From Raillietiella orientalis (Eukaryota), in assembly GCA_036172245.1 (NCBI GenBank), contig JAYWIR010000002.1, positions 5,642,001-5,706,000 on the forward strand: 64,000 bases of DNA. The letters are read 5' to 3'. Below the pieces are notes generated by a model. The model had not been told where the DNA came from. It did no database searches and saw only the letters and a list, made by a program, of their open reading frames with translations. Below are positions 1-12,100 of this stretch, piece after piece. Each line of letters begins with the position of its first letter. Positions within the stretch are counted from its first letter, which is position 1. The position numbers and the translations under genes were made by a program.

Positions 1-112
1 CACGAATCCGTCAAGGCCCATTCTGACTATGGAATCTCTGTTTCCCCAGAGTGCCATTTGCTTGCAAGGCGTAAATTGATCTCGAGCGATATGCTATCAA
101 AAGAATACTCAC

Positions 113-3100
113 CACATATTCCTTTCGTACGAGTCCTTACACAGGAGTAACCTAGAGGACAAGATCCACCTGACTGAAGACGCTTTCCAGTGCTGCAGTA
201 GTAAACTAGAAAGAACAGCGCGCGGTGTTCAGTTCCCATGAATCTGAGTTCACGAGTGTTTTCAAGTCTCGGATCAAGGAGATGCACTGATATGCTTTCA
301 TTTCTGCGCACAAAAACCGTCGATTCTAACTGACGGCCGTTCCGAAGGGCTTTAGCAAACTCAGCGAAAACGCGGGCAACTTGCGCTATGAATTCGAAAG
401 AGAAAAGCCTGCACTCGACGGAGCCGGTAAACTGGATGACTTTATGAATCACTCAAAGAATCTGCCACTTTCTTTTAGTCGGATTCCAGTCACATATTGG
501 GATCGAGTCCCTCGTGTTTTCTCGGTTGCTTTGGAAATAACAAGTTGCCGAGATTGCAGATTCATCCCCATTCAGCGATCACTTTTCACGAAGGCATTCA
601 TATGAGAAGAAGCAATATTTAAATTCAGTGAAGTAATCATCTTACTGCATGCTGCTGCCACTGAATCACATCTTCCTTCGCAATCATCAGGAACTGCACA
701 GGCACAGTTCATTCCTCCTACTTCTTTGGTGCAGGGAGCTAGCAAAGGAATGCATCGTTGAAAAGACAATTTGCGATACCCTGCACCTTCCAGTCATACT
801 TTGCAAACAGATTTACTTGGTCTTGTGCACTTAAGAGTGACGCCATTCAATGCTTGGCGTCTACCTAAAACCTTCTGGGATAAAGCTGCTTCTTTCTCCA
901 CAGCATCCTATTCGAATGTTTCGAAAACTGATCTTTCCTTTTCTAAGGCAATTCTCAATTTCTATATTTTCGACGGTTACAACACCATTCATTGCCCATC
1001 ACACCAACAGGATCTCACAATGAGAACACTGCGTCGTTTTCCGGGCCTCGATGGAATCTTTTCTAGTGCCCCTTGACTGCAGACCACCAGTTGACAAGTC
1101 GTCACGGAAAGACACAAATGGAATGCGCGAAAAGAAAAAATGAATTATGCTCCAAAGGAGGCAAAAGGTTTCTGGATTCAGCCCTAGTTCTCTTCAGAAA
1201 ATCGTTCATTAGCTGGGCCTGGGAACAAGGATCATACATGGACGACATAGTGAACACGGAAAGTCATCAAGAAACGTCTCCATCTTCCAGAGAGATCACG
1301 CAACGAATACTAATGTGGCGACCGCTTTAAGGGTTTTTTGAGACATGACAGTCCATCTGACGTTCTTGTCATCGACAGGTGCTTCGAGCTTTTTCCGTCT
1401 CCCGACCCCGCAGTCTTGGACCTTGCTCGGACACTCCGCGCTTCGTAGGTTCCAAAAGAACGATTGCTTTATCAAGCGGCGTACAGGAAGGTTCATGAGG
1501 TTTCCGGCCATGTCCCCGGACATGACCGGAAAGTTTGCCCGTCCGAGTGGTGGATGTTCGCCGTTTGTGGACAAAGAGCCGTGAGCCATGCTAGACTCTA
1601 AACACAGTAGTGCTCGATACAGCTGAACGTGCACGATGGATTGAAATCAGCTTGGTATGGTACGGTGTATTAGGATGATATGGTATTCAGCTTGGTATTG
1701 ATGGATGTATTGATGGGAGTATTGGTATGGTGTCTATGACGACCGAGAGCGATGAGAAGGAATCAACGTGATTTGCTTTGAATCCCGAGAGATTCAGCCT
1801 CACCACGAAACGGTTTCAAACCAATTCGTGCAGTCGACGGACCCGTTATTTGATCAAAACCGTGCAGCAATGTCAACTCTTCCAACTCAAGGTGAGTCTG
1901 AGGAGGTAGTTGGCTGTACAGTCTGTTTCAGGCACGCGACCCATTCAGTCTCTTTCAAAAGTTTCGAGGACTTTCAAACACATCGTCGGTTATGCTGAGG
2001 TGTTCGCTTTCGGAATAGGTTTCCTCGCTTGCTTTGGGTCAGTTGTCAGGACAAACACTTTCTTACAGTGAAGAAGCAAGAGATACCACTCACTGCACAA
2101 TCCATCGTGACAGACTCCGCTTGCGCACTCTGCAGGTGATCTGCAACTGCAGAGAGAAAAAAGTGGATGCTTCCGGCAGTCTGGAACTAAGAAACAGCAA
2201 TTCTTGGGATAGATCTCTACCACTTTCGATTTTCGCATCATAGAGCGACTGTAAACATGTTTTACGGGCTTCCATTTGACTGCTTTGAATAGAATGATTA
2301 CTAATAGTGAAGAATCCGTAAAAGCAGCAGTATTGGTAGCAACAAAAGAGCGAAACAGGAATTATCCTCTCGTTAATGCAGTGAGGAAGGCAATCATGAA
2401 AGGCTTACCGCAAACCCCATTTTCGCATAAGAGAGGACGGCTGCATGTGGTGGGCACTTTGCAAGGGCACCCTATGTATCTATTGATTCTGGAGCACCAC
2501 GCTGAAATTCATTTTCCTTAATCAAAAATGCAAAACCATCAGCTTACTACTACCTAACATTATCGAACAGCCTCATTAAGTGATTATCATCCAACTCCTT
2601 CTCATTTCATAAATACATGAGATACGAGTGTCAACTTACCAGCATGCAACAAATTCCATCAGTGATGCGAGAAATGGCATGGAACGATAAGCACATATCC
2701 AGGGACGGTTCATGTCTTCAGAATAAGGTGAGTCGTTTTCATATGTATTTTCTTATTAGCTATTTCTTTGTTTATAATGTATGTAATAACTTGCGGGGAA
2801 AGACAAAGACATGTCTTTGGAGCTTTTTATAAAGCTCACAAATCCATAAACCGCCCAAGATGCTTCGTTCTTGCATGCCAGCAAGTATAGAAACCAATGA
2901 AACGTATGCCATGGAAGAAATTGATGAATCCAAAATCAGCAATGTGCACAAGCAACGAATCGCCATAGAATCGAAAGTTTAAGTGGTTCCTGCCTGTTGG
3001 TAAATGGAAGCTTAACTACACTTTTTTCCTTCGTTCTTCTCGCCGAATGGAAGAGGACGAAAAAAGACGCACAACCCTCCAAGTGAAATGACCGAACGCA

Positions 3101-6100
3101 GAAATTCAAATGCAGCGGTTGAGAATTCTTAATTACTTTTGTACTCAACAAAACAGCCATCGAAACATGGGAAACTTTCCTGAAGCATGGAAAACAGTCC
3201 ATCCGCTAGTGTAGGGATGAAAAAGCTGGAGACTGTGATGAATCACAGCAGCGTACGAATAGATTGGTGCAAGAGCAAACTTTGCGAACAAATTCATACT
3301 CTTTCTTTAGCGCCGATTCGCAAGACAACCCGAACTGTCAAGCAAGCAATTCGGCAACCATCACATGGCAACTTGCTGTGGGTGCCTTTCGAGCTGTAGT
3401 CAAGTTCGCTGTAGAACATGGTGTGTAATAAATAGGGAAAATAGTCCAGCAATCAGTTGGGTTCCCAAAGGTGTCCGGTTACTGTGCTCCAGGTAGTGAT
3501 AGACATTGTAGGCAAACTTGAAAGTGAATCTCGCTGCGCTCTTTCTTCGCAAACCTTCAAAGGACTCTCTAACAAAGATCAGAGATGGAGAAACCAGACT
3601 CGATCACATGAAATGAAGCATTAAGGCATTGAAGTTTGGAATGATTGTAGACGGTGCAATTTAATTAGCAGCTCTCGCTCGCACTTGATGCACCAGAACG
3701 AGACCTAAGTGCCGGAAAGTCGCACTTGAGTCTAGTTCTGGTGCATCAAGTGCGAGCGAGAGCTGCTAATTAAATTTCACTTGTCTACAATCCACAGCAC
3801 CAAAGACAGGAATGCCAGAGATTTGATGGATCTGTGCTTTCCTAAATCAAGCAGTTTCTGTTTAGTTACCTTTGAGAAACAGTGCATACGAAGAAGTTGT
3901 GGCTACACTGAAAAAGGCAAGCTCAGTTGCAACTTGCTTTAATCAGACATGCTCTCAGGCATGATGAATTTAGGGTGACTGTATACGAATACCGCTGTAA
4001 AAGTTTTGATCAAACAGTTCCAGAGAAGAGCAATTTTCTTTCTTCAGAAAAAAAAAATCATTTCGTCGTACATGGAGAAACACTTCGCAACCTCTAACTT
4101 TCCATACTGACCGCACATGCTGTTTTGGCACTCTCCATTTAGGCAATCACTATTCCAGGAACAAGGACATCCCGGGGATTTTAGGACTGAACGACAATCT
4201 GGAACTGTGGACAACATAAATTTAGCAAGGTTGTTGTCGTTATCGGCGAAGCTTATCCAGAAAATAAAATCCAACTTTAAAAGTACAGAAAAGAGAAAAT
4301 GAATTTTGGGAAGATCAAGACAAGACAAGAGATTTTGATTTCTTTTCGATATCCATCCTGGAACTGTGGAATTCGTATCACTATCAGGAATGGATTTATC
4401 GTTATTTTTAGAACGGATACATCCGATCATTATTATCGTGAACGCGGAAGGGGACAGAATGTCCTCCAGAAGAAGGATGAAAGCATACCACAGATATGCG
4501 CATTCTCATCGCAGATGAATGGGTGTCTGCAGTCAGCAGGTAGAAAACAGTCACAGTAGACAGCTCGACCTCTTCCCGCACAAGTGGCTGAAATGCCAAG
4601 AATTCCTTCAGTTTCTTCCAAACTCTGTGAAAACAGCATTCTGGTTCGCGAAATTTCAGCTTATTTGTGGAAAGAGACAGTTTGGGAGGATATTTGGGAT
4701 GACTCATACCTCTTCGGAAGTATGAGGCATTCTCGATCGAGTCAATGGAGTCTCACAGTGAATGCAACAAATGGGAAAACTCTTGTGCTCACCGCATTTT
4801 CCATCCTTACACATGTGAGACGAGCAATCTTTTGGAGACGAGCAGGGACAAGAAGGTGGGCTGTGCCATGGAAGAGAGGGACATTTTCTTCTAATATAAA
4901 CTAAAAATAAACAGAAGCTATCATTGTGAACATGCGAATGGTTCTCCATTCAACTAAGCAACCGAAACCATCTATAGTTGCAGTATCATGATCCGCATGA
5001 TAAAAAATGAAACGGACCTGCAGCCAGGCTCGACACACATGCTAAAAAGATCTGGAGCATAGTTTCTTAGCGCCCGGAGACTTTCATTCCAACTTCTGCA
5101 TTCTTGCGATAAGAGAAAAACTTCGGAAACAAAGTTGCTCAGTTTGGTACCCAAAAGATTATCACTTTCTTAGAATGGACGCCAGAGTTTTCTCCAGAAT
5201 GAGGCGTCCATTGATCGATGCAATGGGCATCTACCATCAATGGCTTGCTTATGCAATCCACATCATTAAATGAACTGTTTGGAACACGGCAAACATGTCT
5301 TTCTCCATGAGATGCAACAAAGATATGGCAGCTAAGAAACGGGGTTGCCACTCTGTACTTTTAAGTTCCTGTGTGCTGACGATTCGTTGTAGCGTTTCTC
5401 TCCCTCGATGTATCAACAGATGCAATAGCCTTACTGGATGTCAAATATGGAAGGATTGTGAAGCAATCAAGAGTATCCCACCAACGAACCCACGAATTTT
5501 GTTTCTGATAATCGCTGCTAGAGACATATGGGAAGATTTCGCAGCCACTGAATTGAAGACAGCAGAATACGGTTCTATCAGAAACAAAATTCGTGGGTTC
5601 GTTGGTGGGATACTCTTGATTGCTTCACAATCCTTCCATATTTGACATCCAGTAAGGCTATTGCATCTGTTGATACATCGAGGGAGAGAAACGCTACAAC
5701 GAATCGTCAGCACACAGGAACTTAAAAGTACAGAGTGGCAACCCCGTTTCTTAGCTGCCATATCTTTGTTGCATCTCATGGAGAAAGACATGTTTGCCGT
5801 GTTCCAAACAGTTCATTTAATGATGTGGATTGCATAAGCAAGCCATTGATGGTAGATGCCCATTGCATCGATCAATGGACGCCTCATTCTGGAGAAAACT
5901 CTGGCGTCCATTCTACGCTTGAGTCTAGTGGTGGTGCATCGAGTGCGAGCCAGAGCTGTTAATTAAATTGCACCTGTCTAGAATCCTTTCAAACTTGTGA
6001 CAACTTTGAGCTGTCACAACTTTGAAATGATTGTAGACAAGTGTAACAGAGAGTGATGCCATGGGCACATCTATCTTTGCTTAATCTCAAATACTTTCCT

Positions 6101-9100
6101 TATTATGCAGTACTTACTGCATAATGCATCCTTGCATTCCAATTCTGAGACACATTTATGTCCATTGCAGGGGCAGTACACAGACACCGACGATTTTTCA
6201 CACTGTGGCCGAGTTTCTAAGATTAAAACATTTTGTTTTTTCTTTTTTCTCATTATTGTTTTTTTTAAAAATGTAAAGAATTAAAAGTTTTGAATTCTCT
6301 ATACTCAGAAATGATTATGAATGGTACATTATGTGCCGCAACCAAAATGCTTTTGATTATTTACTGTCAAATTGCATACACTCTTTAATTGCGCCTCTAA
6401 GAAATCCATATCGAAAAGAAGCACAGTGAACACAATCCTACAGCATGGGTAGCTGTTTTACTAACCGCAAAATCCTGAAGAGCATTTCAGATGTTTTGCA
6501 CAATCCATGTTCGACCGACAAGGACAGTCTTCGACACCTAGAAACTCCCTGCAAGAATCTGCAAAAAACAGTCAGTGCCTTTGTCATTCTTTTCGGAATT
6601 CGATTATTCCAAATGCTTTGGTCTGTGGATATTTTTGAGGAATAAGAAACAGTAAATTGAAGAAAGAAAGCATGAAGATCAGCTTTCCAAACCACGGTCA
6701 CTTGTTTTATGAATACCCCAGCAATTCATAGGAAGCTTCTCTGGCTACGAAAGCAGATGGCACTAAAAGTGGCAGATATACCAAGCTCGACGTTTAAGGA
6801 GCAGATGTTTTTCGGAGATGTTTTGCGATGAAATCATGCAGCATCCCATGTTTATTTTGCAGAGGTTTCTTTAAGCCTGCGAGTGCATCTCTTTCTGTTT
6901 CCTACTGAAATCACTCAAAAGAGCACAAGTGGTTTTCTTTGCATTAAATCAATTTCTTTGCCGTATTGAAGTGTGAAAAATGAAAAGATGTGAAAAATGT
7001 TTTGCTAAAGTGGCGTCAGACTTTGTCTTCTACTTACGGCACGATCCACTTCTGCAGGTTAGACTTGCGCATTCATTACTGTTTTTGCAGCTGCAACCAA
7101 CAGGTTTAATTGCTCCTCTGCAATCAGGAACTGAAACACACAAGTCTCAGATCTGAACACCAAGGGATGTTGATTTCCGCTGCTTTCGTCGCGATATGAA
7201 AAGCGTTTCCCGAAAACATCTGCGAAAAATTGAGAAGAAAAGGAATGCATCAAGGCATACAGAATTCCAACAGCATGTGTCTCTTTAAGCTCCATTTTTT
7301 AACTGTAAGCTCATCGCAGTCTTTAAAAATTTCTTCTTGCGGAAAAAGCACGATTCTCACACTATTGCATTGTCAAGAAGTACCGCCCAAGAGAAGCAAG
7401 CAGATTCCCGTTTTTATTTTGGCTTTCAATAGGGAAGGGCACTTCAAATGGTTTCTCTAATCCCTGCATGAAGAATGGAGAAATGACCTCCTCTTCATTT
7501 GAATCGCTGAGTAATTCTTTTGTTTCTTTCTGATCTACACTGTCCTTAGAACGGTTCGGTAGGAGGACATAGAAGCAGCATCATATCAAGCCCATGCATC
7601 GTTTTCTTTCCAAGATTTCCTTTTTCTGCTGCTTTTGATCAAATTTGAAGAGAGAGAACTACTGCTTCGTGATAGCTGACGATAATTCTCCCTATCTTTC
7701 TGTTACTTGTATTAATTTCTCCTTCAGTTCTGCAGCAAGCGTTAGGTTAGTGTTTCCTGCTTCCTCCCACGAAACGTCTAAATCTTATGCTTTCTCTAAA
7801 GTGGTTTTGTCAGTTGTCAAGGAGTTCGAGATCCTTGTTTCAGAAAAAGCTTTTACTCTATGAAGGTGCTTTTCTTAGCACTACTACTGAGACAGATGTG
7901 GAGACTGGAAGTTGATAGGAGGAAGGAAAATTTTAGAAGCAAATCTAGTAATCCCAGATTTACGAATTTCTTAAACGTCCGAGTTTTCCTTTTGCATGTC
8001 ACTGGATGCCCGCTGGTTGACCTCATTGGCTATCTTTCTCACGTGAAGGATTCGCTTAACGCTTGATGTCATTTAAACTATCGGCTCTCTTTTTCGATTT
8101 AACGAACGATTGTCTTTCGTTTTGATTCTCAAAGGATGACAAACACCTGATGCAACAACTCATAGAGCGAAATCGTGTAGTAAATATCGGAAAATTCGTC
8201 TCGGCACATCATCGGGAAGTTGTGTTTGCTGCGTACGAGAACAGTGAAGCCTGGACGATGAGGTAAGCATTCGCTCTAGGAAAACGTTACTTACAGCACT
8301 TGGAAATGCTCGGAGAAACTTCCGTACATGCATACCGAGGCGCACAGGGACATGGGCAGTTGGCCTTTCCCCAATCAGGAATGCAGACATCTGCAACACA
8401 TGAGAAAGATTCTCACTTCCGCATATACCTTGCCAACCCACTGGCTTTGATCTCCGGATCTTCCAAATTAAAGATAAAATCGTCTCAAAGTAAAAATACA
8501 AAAAGACAAAAAAAAAGAAAGAAAGAGGTACACGATTTGTTCAGTTAAGAAGTCCGCATGCACTGCGACTGAAACGAGGAACAATCAACCCATGCTCGTT
8601 TAGAAAAAGGAAAACAAGCTGTTATAGTATTGTAAAAGACAATCACACATTAGTTCCGAAACAGCTTTGCACTTTTAAGAGTGGAAAATCAGTTTCGAAG
8701 AACACAATGTGCTTCTGATCCCAATGCACATTCGCCAATAATAAGTCCGATAAAGTGCAATAATTATGAAGTATATCATTCTTAAGTCAGGTTTCAGTCC
8801 CAGATTAACGATACAACTTCCACGAAATCGTTTCTTGCAGTCAAACAAGAACGAAAAGAGAGCGTTTTTTCCCTTTGCACAGCAGAACCAAAATAAAGGT
8901 AAAAGAAAACGCACCGCATTTTCTTGCCGAGCACGACTTTATGGAACAGTCATCAGGGGTCCAGCAGGGACAAGATGGCTGCAAGGGTTTTGCAGTACAA
9001 ATGACCTCTGGTAAAAAAAGATGATGTATACGCTTGAAATTTCATGGAAACCAGAGAATACTTTAAAGAATTATACAAAGTGGATATCTCAGATTCTGGT

Positions 9101-12100
9101 AGCGCCACCGATCCAAGATAGCAAGAAAATGGAGTGCAGCCTGCACGTCGAGCAGGTTTCAAAAACTTACCGCAATGTCCCTTGGAGCAGCCATAGTGTG
9201 GCTCGCAGTCCAAATCTGTGGTGCACTTCTGTGGTGCCCCTGGAATTACATACGAGACAAAACGCTGTGGAAATTAGCTTCGCTGCAGATTTCTCTGAGA
9301 TCGTAGATCAGTTTTAAATGGCGCGAACAAGATTATGGTTATTGTACACTGCAGGAGTCGAATTAACTGGTTTGCAGAGGTGGAAAAATGTGTCACGACG
9401 ACAACTAGTGATAGGAAAGCTCTCCAGAAGTATCGACACACCTTAGGATCCCGCACTGAAGACCAATGGGCTTCCTCGTGGATCTCATTTGTCATTCTTT
9501 TGATTTATTTAAGTCTATTCAGCTGCGCTGTGCATTGCTGAGAGGCAGGTCGACTGCCTTTATTGTAGAAACACAGGTTCTAGCCTTTGCTTTGTGTATT
9601 GATTATGAAACCGGAGGAGTTCTAATAGGGAAAGAGATTTTGTGGAACTGGAATTTCCGCTGCCCCCCGGTGTTTCTCCCATAAAGTGGCAAGAACCCAG
9701 CACAACGATTCAACATCTCCGTGGATGTGAAGTTAGAGTGATTTTAGAGCAAGTTTTCAGAAGGCACTTATTGTTGATGATTTTCAACCAGAGCGGCTTC
9801 GAAAGCATTCCTTTGCATTTGTCTGCACGGGTATGCACGTTGGATACCATTGAAATGACAAGCTCGTAAATCTCACTCTATATTACTCTGATTGTGTGGA
9901 TGTGCTCCACATATAGTCATTCTGGAGTGAACTCTTCGGAGTGAGAACGGTCTCAGTGCACAAGTGAGATAGATTTCCGAACCGAAAATTCAGCAAGCTG
10001 CAAATTTTCACCACACATACTGACGAATGTTTGCATGCCTAATCGGAATTATATCTTCACACATGCCGAATGAGTCCAGAACGTTTCACTGCATGTTGTG
10101 ATCAATGGCTGCTGTTTCTGCCTATGCAACCAATAAGATGAAAGACTCCGACCGTTTTTCTCGGCTTATGAGCTCGTATGCAAAAATTACAAGTTGAACA
10201 CCTCATGTTTTGTGAGATGGAAGCCATTTTCGCAGATGTACAGAATTACTTCGGGACACTCTTATCTGGCAAAGTCGGCAGCTAAAACTCAGTTTTTTGC
10301 TTGCGACTTGCCATCAGACGTTCAGCTTTTCAGTGCTCGAATTAGATAAAGCGTTTATGCACTTGGAGCAAAGTGTTTATTAACGTTATTTGTGCCATTC
10401 GCAGAGTCCCTCTTTTTCTTTTTTTTTTTTGGAAGAGAGAAAAGCATTTGATTAATGCGTGTCAAACTTATTTTGAGAGCACTTACCACATAGCAGTTCT
10501 TCGCAATTTTTACTTTCACACCAAACAGAGGTCCTGCATGAACAAGAAGGATATCGGGGAAGTCTTTCGCAGTCGAGTTCTATAATCAAAGAGTAAGAGT
10601 ATTCAAATATTTCTAGAGCATGTCGCTCATTTGTGATTAGGAGAAAACAATCCTGTTTATGAGTGCTTGAAAGATCTTACCACAGGCTTGATCCTTACAC
10701 AATAATCGATGATCACATTCTTCAGGAGAATGGCATGGGCAGCCTGCCGGTTTGGAAGTAGGTGAACAATCCACTAGGACACAGAAAAGAAAAATCAGGA
10801 TCAATCTCTTCTTCAATGTGATTCTTAATCTGATAAGATCGTGTTCCAAAGTTCTAGAACTATATCGAAAACCTTGCAGTCTTCGGGATGAGAAACTTTT
10901 CCCTCAAAAACACTCCACTTGGCACAAATTCCATCTTCCTCGTGACATAATCTATAGATTCCCAGAGTAGAAAATGAAACCTTCATTCAGAATGTGCGAA
11001 AGATTTATTAGAGCCTACAAAACTTGCTGTTAACGAGGAAAACATTCGTTCTACGTGATTAAAATCAGGAGTTGAAATCAGGTTTGCATGAGACCGACTT
11101 GCATTTTCCTTGATGTAAACGTTCCGTCTGGAGAATGCAACACCGGAAGATGAGCTTGTAGCAATGAATGCTTAGCAAATCTGCGTGTTCCCATCTAAAA
11201 ACCCTCCACGAGGCAGGAATCTTAGATGTTAGGCATCTTCTAATCGAAAACCAGGTGGCTCGCAGCTAGGGAATGTGCTGCGGCAACGGAGACGAGGATT
11301 TACAATGCAATTGGCGCGCATCTCAAGTATTCCAGTTCTTTGGAGCCATTTCTTGAATCGAAGAAAGCACTGTTTCCTCACTGATCCAAAGTCTCAACGT
11401 TATCTGCTCACCATCCAGTGGGGCAAACTTTTCTTGTGGAACACTGTGGTTCCTTATGCAGAAGTCTTACTTGGACATTCAGGATTCTGTGAAAATGTTT
11501 CCGAATGAACGTGCTTATTCTCCTGTTGCCTGATTCATTTTATAAGTGGAATAGGAATCACAGTGCTGTTCGTGACAGAAAGAAATACCAGGTGTTCTGG
11601 AGCTCCAGATAATGATCAGTCATGCATGTTGGATGGGAGACAAATTGCAGGTAGTCATTGTCTTTTTATGAAATGACTACTTTTTTATGAAAAATTTCTG
11701 AAGGCATTTGAACCAAACGCAGCATAAAAAAATCATTAAGTGCCATCAGTGATTCCCATTCTCCGAACACGAAGCAGTCAGAGAGTTTTTTTTTTTGTTC
11801 ACCCAGAGAGAAAGGGGAAAAAATACTCAGCATGGTGGTCGCGTTGATCGTGGTACAGGAGCATCAATCTTGACATCGTTTCGACAGAGCAATATAGAAA
11901 GAGTGAAAATTTGGATTTTCCTACAAATTTCGATGGAGGAGCATATCACGAAAGAGGTTTCCGTTGTTCAGAATTGACATGCCAGTTGTAACATGGGAAT
12001 GAACTTACTGCAGTGACTTTCGAAGCAGATTCCACTCATGCACTTGTCGCCAGAAAGACAAGCGCATCCCGCGGGCCGCTTTTCACTCGGACAAATTAAA

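Noticed and set aside
2548..2553. Possible 6-bp phase-1 microexon (ttag|GTAGTA|gtaagc)
   Set aside because: Compatible with the frame but not required, and not distinguishable from chance without RNA data.
5139..5962. Mirror-image ORF pairs (5295-5645/5441-5791 and 5139-5351/5735-5962)
   Set aside because: By-products of the inverted repeat; no recognisable motifs or splice support.
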